Shown one piece after another: positions 48,116 through 58,725 of a DNA stretch of 64,000 bases. Position 1 is the first letter of the stretch; each line of letters begins with the position of its first letter. Source of the stretch: an uncultured Desulfobacter sp. (GTDB taxonomy: Bacteria; Desulfobacterota; Desulfobacteria; Desulfobacterales; Desulfobacteraceae); assembly GCA_963665095.1 (NCBI GenBank), contig OY762069.1:3872001-3936000 (forward strand), given 5' to 3'. The notes under the pieces were generated by a model that did no database searches, had not been told where the DNA came from, and worked only from the letters and a program-made list of their open reading frames with translations. Position numbers and translations under genes: made by a program.

Positions 48116-50169
48116 AAACCTTCCCCCTTACCCTGGCCGCGTCCCTTATTTTCTGGGGGTCTCAAACCGGATATCTGTTCCTTTCCGGAGCCATGGCTGC
48201 GGTTGTGGCGCTTGGCCGTTACTTTAAAAAAAAATGGGACCCCTCAACGGATCAGATCAATAAGGTCAGCGATACCTGTGCAGTCTGTTTTGCCGGCGCC
48301 ATTGTCTATTTTGTTTCTTCGGACCTTGAAACCGCCCTTAAGAATATACTTCGTCTTCTTCCGGTTTTGACCTTCCCTTTGATCGTTATTCAGGAATTCA
48401 GTGTCAACCGGGTCATTGATATCCGGGCGCTGTACCTGTTCAGGAAAAAAATTCCCGATGAAGGAAAAGAGATCAAACTGAACTTGAGCCTTGCGTTCAT
48501 CATCATCTGTCTTATCTCTTCAGGTGCAGTGAATAACCGCCTTTTTCCCTATTACCCCATTATCCTTGGCATTATTGTCCTGGTGCTGTTTTTTCAACAG
48601 CCGCGGCCTTCCGATCTCAGGATATGGCTTGCTGCCGTCATTGCTGCCGCCATAACGGGCATGTTTCTCCACCAAGGCCTCCACCATACCCAGACGGTTA
48701 TGACCCGGCGGGCCATGGACAGGATACTGGATGACAACGCAGACCCGCTCACAGGCCATACCGCCCTGGGCCGGATTGGCCGGCTGAAATTCTCCAACAG
48801 AATCGTTTTCAGGGTAATTCCGCCTGAAAACCATAACGGTGCGCCATATCTTTTAAAAGAAGCGGCCTACAATTTCTTTTCAAACAACCGATGGAGTGCT
48901 GCGAAAAATATATTTGAACCGGTACCGGTTTCACAGAGCAGAACTTTTATTTTCGCCGGGCAACCAGACCCGAACCGGCCATTCTCCGGAGTGACTGCCG
49001 GTGGACAGGGGAGACATCAGTCCGCTCATTTTGTACCGTCCAAAGTCAAGCTGACCATCCTCTCCCGAATGAAAAAGGCCAACGGGGTTTTAAGAGCCCC
49101 GGAAAAAACCGTTTCTCTCTCCTGTAATGCAATTCAGTCTGTTAAAGTAAACAGGTTAGGCACCATTGCCGTTGACGGGGCACCGGGATTCATTACTTAT
49201 GACATCTGGTCGGGTGATCCTGGACCCGACCTCCTGGCGCCCGGAAAAATGGACTGCTACATCCCTGACCAGGAAAAGGAACTGTTTACAAACTTGACCG
49301 CAGCGCTGAATATTGGACCGGACATACCGGTTCAAAAAAAGCTCTCCCGAATCAAGACCTATTTTCTGTCTAATTTCAGGTATTCCCTGGAACTGGAAGC
49401 GGTGGATAAAAAATCGCCCATCACCGGATTCATGACCCGGACCAGAACGGGACACTGTGAATATTTCGCAACAGCCACCGTATTGCTGCTTCGAAGCGCC
49501 GGCATTCCTGCCAGGTATGTATCCGGGTATATGGCTTTTGAAAAGAATCTTTTGGGCGATAAAATAGTTGTGCGCAGAAAACATGCCCACGCCTGGACCC
49601 AGGCTTATGTCAACGGCAAATGGGTCTTTTTTGATACCACCCCGCCCGCATGGGCGGAAGCCGAAAAAAGCCTGTTCCTGAGAACAGCACTGCCGGATCT
49701 GCTTTCCCTGATGGAATACGGATTTGACCTGCTTCGATGGGGACGCCCGGAAACCAAGAAAAAACTGTTGTGGCTTCTGGTTCCCCTGGGCGTTCTGCTG
49801 ATCCGGCGACTGCTTCAGAAAGATCAAAACAGGTCGGGAAAGAAGGGGCCTGAGGAATCGCTTAGGTCCCCTGAAAACCCCGCGGCGGCCTGTGATTTCT
49901 ATATCCGAAGGCTGGAAACACAACTTGCCCGGTCAGGGTTTAGAAAAGCCCCCCACGAAACATATGAACAATTTTTCACGAGGATCAACAACCTGGCGTT
50001 TCCCCAGGAAGAGGTAAAAACACTTGGGACTATCATACAAATTCACAAAAAACTCCGTTTCGGACCAGTGCCTGTTTCCCTTAAAGAGCAGGCAGTGCTG
50101 GAAGCCGGGGTAGACCGGTTAATCCGGACACTGTCCAGACGACAACAGGGCGCGAACGCGCCTGATTGA
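48112..50169 (+). CDS. Membrane-bound transglutaminase-like protein (TgpA-like)
   Basis: N-terminal TM segments. Catalytic triad motifs GHCEYFA, HAHAW and FDTTP. Confidence 0.88.
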   Translation: MKTFPLTLAASLIFWGSQTGYLFLSGAMAAVVALGRYFKKKWDPSTDQINKVSDTCAVCFAGAIVYFVSSDLETALKNILRLLPVLTFPLIVIQEFSVNRVIDIRALYLFRKKIPDEGKEIKLNLSLAFIIICLISSGAVNNRLFPYYPIILGIIVLVLFFQQPRPSDLRIWLAAVIAAAITGMFLHQGLHHTQTVMTRRAMDRILDDNADPLTGHTALGRIGRLKFSNRIVFRVIPPENHNGAPYLLKEAAYNFFSNNRWSAAKNIFEPVPVSQSRTFIFAGQPDPNRPFSGVTAGGQGRHQSAHFVPSKVKLTILSRMKKANGVLRAPEKTVSLSCNAIQSVKVNRLGTIAVDGAPGFITYDIWSGDPGPDLLAPGKMDCYIPDQEKELFTNLTAALNIGPDIPVQKKLSRIKTYFLSNFRYSLELEAVDKKSPITGFMTRTRTGHCEYFATATVLLLRSAGIPARYVSGYMAFEKNLLGDKIVVRRKHAHAWTQAYVNGKWVFFDTTPPAWAEAEKSLFLRTALPDLLSLMEYGFDLLRWGRPETKKKLLWLLVPLGVLLIRRLLQKDQNRSGKKGPEESLRSPENPAAACDFYIRRLETQLARSGFRKAPHETYEQFFTRINNLAFPQEEVKTLGTIIQIHKKLRFGPVPVSLKEQAVLEAGVDRLIRTLSRRQQGANAPD

Positions 50170-50387
50170 TAGCAGAATTAGACAGGGGGTGTCGTCGTTG
50201 AACCTTTTTGCGAAATCCTGCTATTTTTTGCGAACACAGCAGAGCGTGGCCTGCATATCCCCGGACAAACAAACTTAACTATTCCGAATTTATATATATT
50301 TTTCTTTTATATCGCAGCACATTATGTTAAATAAAACTAAGATTCAGTTAAATTCAAAAATTAACTTCATAAAAGAGAGTCGATCCT

Positions 50388-51323
50388 ATGAGCTACACAG
50401 ACGAAGGCGATGCGTTTTCCGGAAACTCTGACGAACAATGGATGTGCAAGGAGGGAATGAGCAGGGCGGATATTGTTGAGAAATTCGCGGAAGAAGAAAC
50501 ATCTGCCCAGGGCCAGAAAAAAGCCCTGGTCATTGAAGAAAAACCTGCAGATGCCGTGGAAATTGCACAGAATCTGGGGATACAGACCGATTCCAGCGGT
50601 TTTTCCATACTGAAAATCTACTGCGATGAAAAAAAATGTTCCGAGTCCCAGGCAAGGACATTTGCCCAGAGAGTTGTCTCTTCAAGCGAGGAATATAACA
50701 ATTTTCTGAAACGACTCTGTGAAAACAGCCAGTTTTCTGCCCAGAATATTATGGACCTGATGCCGTCCGTTAAAAAATTATCAGGAAAGCGGCTTTTGCT
50801 TCTCCACGGGTTTACAGAGTTAAAGGGATTTGATCCCGGACATCTGAATCGTTTTTTTCTGGCAACGCTCCCCCAGATCGACCAGCGCACAGCGACCCGG
50901 GAGGCCCTGGAACTGGAAAAACAGGAAAAGGCCATGACCTCGGTGCAGATTGATCTTTTTTACAATATCTGCCTGAAACTTCCGGATTTAGATGCTGATA
51001 CGGCCCTGACCGTACTTCCGAAACTCAGAATGCTCAAAGAGCAGCACGCAAGGATACTGAATCTTTTTCTGGGTAAAGACACCTGTTTTGACAACAAACC
51101 CATTACCAACAAAAACCTGCCCGGATTGATCAAGCTTTGGGCAGGCCTGCCCGAAATTGAACATAAAGAACTCTTCGAAAAACTGATCAAAAAACTGTCA
51201 CACCAGTCAGATGAAAAAAAGCACGATTTTAAATTTTTAACCCAGGCATTTAAAAATGAAGTGACAAAAGAGACTGAACCCCACTCCAAAATTGGAAACG
51301 TTTTCAGGCACCTGATGCACTGA
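50388..51323 (+). CDS. Hypothetical protein
   Basis: 311-aa ORF with its own AT-rich upstream region. No family recognised. Confidence 0.7.
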   Translation: MSYTDEGDAFSGNSDEQWMCKEGMSRADIVEKFAEEETSAQGQKKALVIEEKPADAVEIAQNLGIQTDSSGFSILKIYCDEKKCSESQARTFAQRVVSSSEEYNNFLKRLCENSQFSAQNIMDLMPSVKKLSGKRLLLLHGFTELKGFDPGHLNRFFLATLPQIDQRTATREALELEKQEKAMTSVQIDLFYNICLKLPDLDADTALTVLPKLRMLKEQHARILNLFLGKDTCFDNKPITNKNLPGLIKLWAGLPEIEHKELFEKLIKKLSHQSDEKKHDFKFLTQAFKNEVTKETEPHSKIGNVFRHLMH

Positions 51324-51652
51324 CCACCTGCCTGTTCTTTGCCAATGCCGTTTCTGACGAAAGCGCTCCCAGGCCTTCAGCCAGTATGTAATTGCTGTGG
51401 CCCTGCGAAACGCAGGACGTCCGTCCTTTGCACAACCTTTCAATCAAATTTATTCCACTTTTTTATATTTCTGTAACTTATCTGTAAGTTTCCTCTGCTT
51501 ATTTTGAGCATACAGCCATTTCAATTACGCAGATCCTGTTTCCGGTATCAGGTAATTTCCGGTGTCCGACCAGTTCCTCCTGGGCAGATCCGTTGGGTTG
51601 ATCAATGTGACCGGCTGAATATCAATTATTCCGAAACAAGGAGGAAAGTATC

Positions 51653-52393
51653 ATGGCAAAATTTGTCAAAGAGCTCATTGTATTATTTGCAGCTATATCC
51701 ATTATAGCACAGGCGTCAGCCTTATGGGCCGGCCAGACAGAAAGGCCATTGGCCACAGCGTCCGGTTATTTTGATATCAAAACCGGTCATAAATATATTC
51801 AAAACAGCAATGGCTCTTATACGGAATTTTCAAGAACAGGAAAACTGCTCCGGCAGGACGTTCCCAATACAATGCCGTTACTGGTTTCAAAAAAATTTGT
51901 ACACCCCATTGAAGTCAGCCATCTTATGGTCTACAAAAAACGGGTTTCCGGTACTGTCCAGCACCTGGTTCTGCCCGCGTCCCAACCCCACCCTGAAAAC
52001 TGGCGGTGCAGGGCCATGGTCATCTCCGGGAAGCAGCATCTAAAGTCAAACAGCATCGGCAAGCAAGGTCCAGTGCAAAATGGTCCGTGTAACGATGGGA
52101 ATTCTGCGGCCACAAAAGCAGCCTATTTTGATGTTGCCACAGGCCACCGGTATCAACAAAACAGCGATGGGACATATAATGAATTCTCACGTAAAGGCGC
52201 ACTGCTTAAATCAGGCATTCCCTGCACTGCCACGGTGTTGACAAAGGGACCCTATGTCCGCGAACTCAACGATACGGATTATGTTGTATATGAAAAATAC
52301 CAGGCTGGTAAACCGGTCCGAAAAATTGTCTCTGCCGGCAGAAACCATCCTGACGGCTGGATATCCAGGGATGTGCTGGCTGCGGCCCACTGA
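51653..52393 (+). CDS. Secreted hypothetical protein with two tandem homologous domains
   Basis: AGGAGG RBS and signal peptide. Repeats GYFDIKTGHKYIQNSNGSYTEFSR and AYFDVATGHRYQQNSDGTYNEFSR. Confidence 0.8.
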   Translation: MAKFVKELIVLFAAISIIAQASALWAGQTERPLATASGYFDIKTGHKYIQNSNGSYTEFSRTGKLLRQDVPNTMPLLVSKKFVHPIEVSHLMVYKKRVSGTVQHLVLPASQPHPENWRCRAMVISGKQHLKSNSIGKQGPVQNGPCNDGNSAATKAAYFDVATGHRYQQNSDGTYNEFSRKGALLKSGIPCTATVLTKGPYVRELNDTDYVVYEKYQAGKPVRKIVSAGRNHPDGWISRDVLAAAH

Positions 52394-52491
52394 CCGGAAA
52401 GCCAGCAGGCAAGCCCAGTTGATGCCGGCAGCATGATAGTTCGTGAAACATATTTCCGAGCACCTCCAAAACAATGTTGCCGCCATTGCAA

Positions 52492-52520
52492 AGCAGGGTG
52501 CATGCCACACGCACCCTGCT
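52492..52520. terminator. Hairpin between convergent genes
   Basis: AGCAGGGTGC...GCACCCTGCT. Confidence 0.55.
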
Positions 52521-55500
52521 TATTTTCCGGTTTGTTTGAAAATCTCGTTTTTTAAATCCGTCATGGTTCCGGATAAAACATCTCCTCTTAGTTCCATGTG
52601 ACAGCGGGCCTCATACTGTTTGTACACCCGTGCGGCATCAATGGGCTGTCCCATTTTTAAATAACTCTGTATCATTCCCCGGTAAAAGGACTCTGTCAGC
52701 GGTTCTGCCGACACACCCCGCCGATAGCAGCGAATGGCGGCATGGAAATTCCCGTGCCCGGCAAGGATCTGCCCCGCCTTTTCAAGAATGCCCGTATATC
52801 GGGATCTCAACCGGTCTGCCATGGGAAAAACCCAGGCCTCCTGGTCACCATCCAGAAAAGGCCCCCGGTAAACTGAGAACAACAGGTCCAGGGCAGATGG
52901 CAAGGGGTTTACCGTCTCTATCTCGCCCGAAGACAGGGCCTTGCACACATCTTCAATCCGGGTGCAGCACTGTTCGAACAGGGCCGTATCGGTCCGGACA
53001 ACACGATCATTAAAGGAGAGCCGGCCCTGGGAATGAATCAGCGCGGCGTTATCCCCAAGAAATTTTCTGGCACGGTGAAGGGTTGTTGAGTATGCATTCT
53101 GTGCCGCATCTCCGTCACTGCCAGGCCAGAGTGCATCTTGAATATGATACTCCGGAACACCACGGCCACCCCGGGCAAGAAGATACTTAATCAGCAGAAT
53201 GGGCTGCTTTTTTCCTTTGCCCTTTGGCGCTGCTTTTTCACCGTTAATGCGGACGGAAAACCCGCCAAAGGATGAAATATCCACCGGCCATGGCCAGTCA
53301 GGGATATCCAGGGGCAGAGGGTCCGGTATCAGGTGGTGATGGGTAATCAGCGCCCGGACGTAATCGGTTTCCATATTTTCCTTCAAGGCTGTGGCACAAA
53401 GGGTGGCCATCTCCTTTGGAGCCCAGAATAAACCGTACCTGTAATTTCTTTGCCGCCCCATCTCAAGGGCACGGTGCAATACGGTGCAGGCTTTTTCCTT
53501 GTAGTTCAGGGAAAAATAGAGACCGGCCCGAGTTAAAAGGGCCATGAACGTGTCCTGATTCAGGTTGAATTGATCCGCAATTTTGAGACATCGCTCCAGA
53601 TGGGCGTCTGCAGACCTGAATTTTTTGGCTTTAAAATGTAACCGAGCTATATTCAAATGAGCCCCCGACCGGACCAGGGAATTTCCGGACTCATAATTTT
53701 TTTTAAAACTTTGCACGGCATGGAACCGAAAATTAGCAAAATCGTCCAGCCGGTCATACAGCCACGAAGAGACAATATGATAAAGCCCCTGCATCCAGAT
53801 CCCCTGGTGGGCGAGAAAAGGGGGAATCTCATCCAGAAGCTGCCTGGCTGTATTCAGCCTGCCAAGGCCAATGGCAGCGGCCGCGCCCTGGACCCTGAGC
53901 CCTAAAAAAATCAGACGGATTCCGGTAATTTTTTCCACCTTCATGCCATCCAGGGCGGCCTCAAACCCGGCCTGGAAATCACCGTTCATCCATGAGTGGA
54001 ATATTTTCAGGTCCTGAAGAATGAGATAGGACAAAGGTGCTGTTTTTTTGTGGGAGACATCTGTGAACATTTTGAGAAGATGCCCGGCAGTTTGAAGTTC
54101 GCCTTTGAATATGTTCAGAATAATCAGCGGCGAAAAAATGGATACTGTCTTATTGACATCCTTCACCGTCTGCAGAATTTCCCATCCCAGGCTTTCCCAA
54201 TTTTTGAGCATGGGGGAGTCAGGCCGGCGCAGGACCAGCGCATGTAGCATGGAACTGGTCAGTTTCATACGGATCTCCGGAATATCCACGGGCCCGAACT
54301 GGTTTTCAAGTTCGGTATACCGGTCAACCCAGAGATCCAGTTCCTGGAACAGACTGAACTGAAGGCTGATGGAATCCATAATCCCTGCCAGGGCCATGAA
54401 GCATCCTGCCGGATCCCCGGCCTGTTCAAACAGAGCCAGGGCCTGCTGAAAAAATGGCTTGGCAGATTCAGGGGATTCAGGGATCACACACACACCTTTC
54501 CAGAAAAGCAGCCAGGGCGTTGCATTAACGATGCCGGGGGGCAGGGAATCTATCCACTGCAAAAGGGTCGCCACCCGCCCCTGGATGGAGAAAATCAGTG
54601 CATGGGTTAAAATCAGTGCAACGGCCCGGTCATAATTGTCAGCATCAAGATATAATTCAACAGCTGCTTCAACATTGCCTTCCTGGTTTAATATGTCAGC
54701 ACTCTTTGACAGAATAGCTGTCAGGTCGGATCGGGGAAAAAACTGTACAGAGCGCTTCTGCAAAAATTCACGGAACAGTGGATGGAAATCATACCCGGGT
54801 GAATCTGTGGTTATCCGGTGAACAAACAGGTTCTCTTTATTTAGTTTTTCCAGGAGAACCAGGGCCTGTTTTCCGCAAAGCGCGGCTGCTGCATCCCGGG
54901 AGATCGCCGGAAGATGGCACAATGTTAAAAGGATGGTCTGGTCGGCCGGGTCAAGCGACTGGTATACAACACTGTTCAAATAGTCGAAAATCACCTCAGG
55001 CGTCTTCCGGGTCAGCATGCACGGTTCAATGTTGTCAAACTCTCCCCGCTTTAATAAAAGCAGCAGCCCGGCAACCCATCCACCGGTTTTGGTATGAATA
55101 TCGGCCGTGTTTTTTTCATCAAAGGCTTTGCCTGAGATGCATTGGATAATCCCGCCGGTCTCCCGGATATCCAGTTGAAGATGGTGCCAGCCCAGCATTT
55201 GTATCCTGCATTTGGCACTGGCTGCCACCAGGACGTCAGGGGGTTCCTTCCGGCTCAGGATAATAAACGTCACCTGTTTTTGAAGGCTGTTGATGGCATG
55301 GCACAGCACTTCATGAAGCAGAACATCCTCCCCCGCATCCTGGTAATTATCCAGGACCATCACATACCGGGAAGGTAAAATGGTCGCAAACAGTTCAAAA
55401 AACCGGTTTGTAAACGATGCCACGCCAGGAAAAAATTCCTGGGTCAAAAAGGGTAACTGCGGATATTTTTCAGGGTCGATCTGTTTAGCAACGTTGCCCA

Positions 55501-55756
55501 TATAGTAAAAAAAAGAAGACAGATCCCTGTCCTGCTCATCTATATTATACCAGATGCAGGGGAAATCCTGTGCGTCTATGAAGCTGTTGACAAGGGTTGT
55601 CTTGCCACTTCCCGCAGGGCCGCAAACCCACAACGCACGATGGTGGATATGGGTGGACAAGATATCAAACAAACGGGTACGGGGATAAACTGCCTGCAAC
55701 TCCGGACGGGTCAGTTTTAACGGAAAAACAGATAAAGGAAGGCCTGACATCTCCAT
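52520..55756 (-). CDS. MalT-like ATPase/TPR transcriptional regulator with C-terminal SARP-type winged-helix and BTAD domains
   Basis: PRTRL, GPAGSGKTT, VLDNYQ, TGGWVAGL and FHPLFREFL. C-terminal LWP..D, YRGPFL and EPLTE. Confidence 0.85.
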   Translation of the reverse strand: MEMSGLPLSVFPLKLTRPELQAVYPRTRLFDILSTHIHHRALWVCGPAGSGKTTLVNSFIDAQDFPCIWYNIDEQDRDLSSFFYYMGNVAKQIDPEKYPQLPFLTQEFFPGVASFTNRFFELFATILPSRYVMVLDNYQDAGEDVLLHEVLCHAINSLQKQVTFIILSRKEPPDVLVAASAKCRIQMLGWHHLQLDIRETGGIIQCISGKAFDEKNTADIHTKTGGWVAGLLLLLKRGEFDNIEPCMLTRKTPEVIFDYLNSVVYQSLDPADQTILLTLCHLPAISRDAAAALCGKQALVLLEKLNKENLFVHRITTDSPGYDFHPLFREFLQKRSVQFFPRSDLTAILSKSADILNQEGNVEAAVELYLDADNYDRAVALILTHALIFSIQGRVATLLQWIDSLPPGIVNATPWLLFWKGVCVIPESPESAKPFFQQALALFEQAGDPAGCFMALAGIMDSISLQFSLFQELDLWVDRYTELENQFGPVDIPEIRMKLTSSMLHALVLRRPDSPMLKNWESLGWEILQTVKDVNKTVSIFSPLIILNIFKGELQTAGHLLKMFTDVSHKKTAPLSYLILQDLKIFHSWMNGDFQAGFEAALDGMKVEKITGIRLIFLGLRVQGAAAAIGLGRLNTARQLLDEIPPFLAHQGIWMQGLYHIVSSWLYDRLDDFANFRFHAVQSFKKNYESGNSLVRSGAHLNIARLHFKAKKFRSADAHLERCLKIADQFNLNQDTFMALLTRAGLYFSLNYKEKACTVLHRALEMGRQRNYRYGLFWAPKEMATLCATALKENMETDYVRALITHHHLIPDPLPLDIPDWPWPVDISSFGGFSVRINGEKAAPKGKGKKQPILLIKYLLARGGRGVPEYHIQDALWPGSDGDAAQNAYSTTLHRARKFLGDNAALIHSQGRLSFNDRVVRTDTALFEQCCTRIEDVCKALSSGEIETVNPLPSALDLLFSVYRGPFLDGDQEAWVFPMADRLRSRYTGILEKAGQILAGHGNFHAAIRCYRRGVSAEPLTESFYRGMIQSYLKMGQPIDAARVYKQYEARCHMELRGDVLSGTMTDLKNEIFKQTGK

Positions 55757-55987
55757 GACGAATCAACTTCCTTCTATATATTTCAAGATGTTAAACGATT
55801 TTTTCCCTTATACCAGAACATGGATATTGATTCACTAACTTTTTAAAAATAAAAGACAGACTATAAAACCGGGAACCGGTTTAAAAAATCGTCACATTTT
55901 TTTTTGCAACAGATACAGGCCGGGAGCAGCCTGGGCAAGACATCGATAGTGGAAAATATGTCTCACACCTTCCCTTCCAAATTCAGT

Positions 55988-57229
55988 TTATCCGGTGATT
56001 TCTTTGGACGTTCCAGAGTCAGGAATTTCACGCTCATGGATACCTAAAAGAAACAAAAGGCCGTCCAGCCCCATGGTGGAGATGGCATTTGCAGCCTTTT
56101 CACGCACGATGGGTTTGGCATTAAACGCTACGCCCAGGCCGGCAAGTGAAATCATGGGAAGGTCGTTGGCGCCATCCCCCACGGCAATGGTCTGTTCAAT
56201 GGACAGCTTCTCCTTTTCCGCCAGCTGTCGCAAAAGATCCGCCTTTTTCTGTCCATCCACGATCTCTCCGGTGACCCGGCCGGTTACCTCGCCGTTCTCG
56301 ATTTCCAGCGTATTGGCAAACACATAATCAAAGCCCAGGGTCTCTTTGAGATAATTCCCCACAAAGGTGAACCCGCCGGACAGAATGGCCAGTTTATACC
56401 CCAGTTTTTTTAGGGTCCGGGTGACCAGATCTGCCCCGTCCGTCAACGGCAGGGTCCGGGCCAGGCCCTGGATATCCTTCTCCTTGAGGCCCTTGAGCAG
56501 GGCCACCCGCCGCCGGAAACTCTCCTTGAAGTCAATCTCCCCGCGCATGGCTGATTCCGTGATCTGTGCCACCTGGTCCCCGACACCCGCCAGCTTGGCC
56601 AGTTCCACGATCACTTCCGCCTGGATCAGGGTGGAGTCCATGTCAAATACGACCAGTTTGCGGTTCTTGCGGTAGATATTGTCCACATGAAAGGAGATAT
56701 CAATGCCCAGATCCCGGGAGATATGTATGAAGCGGCCCTTCATGTCGGCAATGCTTCTCGGGGTCCCGGAAACGGCAAACTGGATACAGGCCCGTGGGGA
56801 ATTCAGAGGACGCTGAAGGGATCTTCGGCCGGAGAGCCGGGTAATGGAATCAATGTTCAGGTCATGGTCGGCAATCACGCTGCTCACAGCGGAGAGCTGG
56901 GCAGCTGTAATGGTCTGGCCCAGCACGGTAATGATCCGGTGTTCCTTACCCTGGGCCTTGACCCAGGTTTCGTATTCATCAGGATCTACCGGCACCACAT
57001 CCACGGCCAGTCCCATTTTATGCCCTTCAAAAAGCAGGTCCTTGAACATCTGGGAAAAATCGCCGGCACAGGGGATATCCACCAGCATGCCCAGGGAAAT
57101 ATGTTCATGAATCACGGACTGCCCAATATCCAGAATGGTCACCCGATACTGGGAAAGGATACGTGAAAACCGGGCATTAAGCCCTTTTCTGTCTTTGCCC
57201 GTAATGCTGATAAGAACAATATCACCCAT
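55988..57229 (-). CDS. serB: Phosphoserine phosphatase with N-terminal ACT domains
   Basis: FDMDSTLI, SGGF and VGDGANDL. ACT-like ITGKDRKG. Confidence 0.93.
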   Translation of the reverse strand: MGDIVLISITGKDRKGLNARFSRILSQYRVTILDIGQSVIHEHISLGMLVDIPCAGDFSQMFKDLLFEGHKMGLAVDVVPVDPDEYETWVKAQGKEHRIITVLGQTITAAQLSAVSSVIADHDLNIDSITRLSGRRSLQRPLNSPRACIQFAVSGTPRSIADMKGRFIHISRDLGIDISFHVDNIYRKNRKLVVFDMDSTLIQAEVIVELAKLAGVGDQVAQITESAMRGEIDFKESFRRRVALLKGLKEKDIQGLARTLPLTDGADLVTRTLKKLGYKLAILSGGFTFVGNYLKETLGFDYVFANTLEIENGEVTGRVTGEIVDGQKKADLLRQLAEKEKLSIEQTIAVGDGANDLPMISLAGLGVAFNAKPIVREKAANAISTMGLDGLLFLLGIHEREIPDSGTSKEITG

Positions 57230-57315
57230 GAGCCGTCCCTTGTGCCTCTGCAATTACTATTTTATTTAACCGGAATTCCCGGCTTATATTTCGCTGCTGT
57301 CCTGTACCGGGTTAA

Positions 57316-58713
57316 CTATATATCGTTGCCGTTCGGATCTGTAAAGCGGTTTTGATCCATTTGCCGCACCAGATTTTCCAGGGATTGTTTCAGGTTCAAG
57401 GAAGGGTCTTCCAGCACCTGCTCAAATAACCAGGCTTTAATCCGGCCGATCTGCGGGCCCTGGGAGAGGCCAAGAATATTTTGAATGTCCAGACCGGAAA
57501 TTTTTAAATCATTGATGTTGAAAGCGGTCTGTCCCTTACGGGCAGAAAGAATTTTATCCAGGCGCAGGCGGATATCGCCAAGGGTATAGGGGGGCTTGGC
57601 CGGATTCCGATTCCCTTTTTTATCGGCAATGCGCATGCGCATAAAATCCTGATAGGAGAGGTTCAGGTCATCCAGCATGGCCAGAAGCCTTCGAACAGCC
57701 TTTGGTGTGGAGTCCGGTTTCAAGGGGCGCATGTGGCCCCGGACCAGGGAATAGATATAGCCGGCGTCCTTCCTGGAAAAGCGAAGGCGCTCAAGATCCG
57801 CCATCATGGAATCTGTACACTTTTGATGCCCGGGAAAGGTGGGATGGCCATCTGTATATTCCAGGGCATCCACCTTTCCCGTGTCATGGAGATACCCTGC
57901 CAGCCTGAGTATGGGCCGGGAGGCGGGCAGGGCATCGCCCACCATAAGATTATGCTCAAATACGGTCTCGCCATGGTGGGGACCGCCGTCAAGACCGTAA
58001 CACCGGTCCAGACTGGGAAGGATCAGGGACAGCAGCCCGGTATCATGCAGGAGAATGAAAAACTCAGATGGGCGCTCCATGGCCATGGCCTTGACCAGCT
58101 CCACCTGAATCCGGTCAGCCGCACCGTCAACCGTAATTTTGTTGGCATGGGTTTGGATGGCATCCAGGGAATCCGGGGTAAGTCTGAACCCGTAACGGGC
58201 GGCAAACCGGCAGGCCCGGACCATGCGTACAGGGTCCTCATCAATCCGGTCATCTGGATTGCGGGTAAACCGGATCACCCGGGCTTCCAGATCTTTCTGT
58301 CCGCCAAAGAAATCAAAAAGCATTTTTCTTTCCGGGTCCCAGGCCATGCTGTTAACGGTGAGATCCCGGCGGCCAAGGTCGGTGGCGGGGAATCTGTGGC
58401 CGGCTATAACCGCCGCCTGATCAGCCGGTCTGCCGGTGGCCACTTCCACCCTGTTCACCAGGGTCACGGCAAAGGATTTCCCCACATACCTGGGCTGCTG
58501 GTCTGTAAATAACCGGGCAAGGGTGTCTGGCGGGGCGTTGGTAAGAATATCCACATCCACAGGGTCAATTCCAAGGATACTGTCCCGCACGGCACCGCCT
58601 GCCAGAAGGGCACGAAATCCCGCCCCGGAAAGGGTGTCAAGAATAAGTGAGATGCTGTCTCTTGCCCGGAGGCTTTCCAAAATGGACAGGGCTGTATTTG
58701 TGGGTGAGCTCAT
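57316..58713 (-). CDS. cca: CCA tRNA nucleotidyltransferase (HD-domain type)
   Basis: GGAVRD, DVDILT, DLGRRDLTVNSMA, EDPVRMVRACRF and LHDTGK. Confidence 0.88.
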   Translation of the reverse strand: MSSPTNTALSILESLRARDSISLILDTLSGAGFRALLAGGAVRDSILGIDPVDVDILTNAPPDTLARLFTDQQPRYVGKSFAVTLVNRVEVATGRPADQAAVIAGHRFPATDLGRRDLTVNSMAWDPERKMLFDFFGGQKDLEARVIRFTRNPDDRIDEDPVRMVRACRFAARYGFRLTPDSLDAIQTHANKITVDGAADRIQVELVKAMAMERPSEFFILLHDTGLLSLILPSLDRCYGLDGGPHHGETVFEHNLMVGDALPASRPILRLAGYLHDTGKVDALEYTDGHPTFPGHQKCTDSMMADLERLRFSRKDAGYIYSLVRGHMRPLKPDSTPKAVRRLLAMLDDLNLSYQDFMRMRIADKKGNRNPAKPPYTLGDIRLRLDKILSARKGQTAFNINDLKISGLDIQNILGLSQGPQIGRIKAWLFEQVLEDPSLNLKQSLENLVRQMDQNRFTDPNGNDI

Positions 58714-58725
58714 GAAAACGGATCG

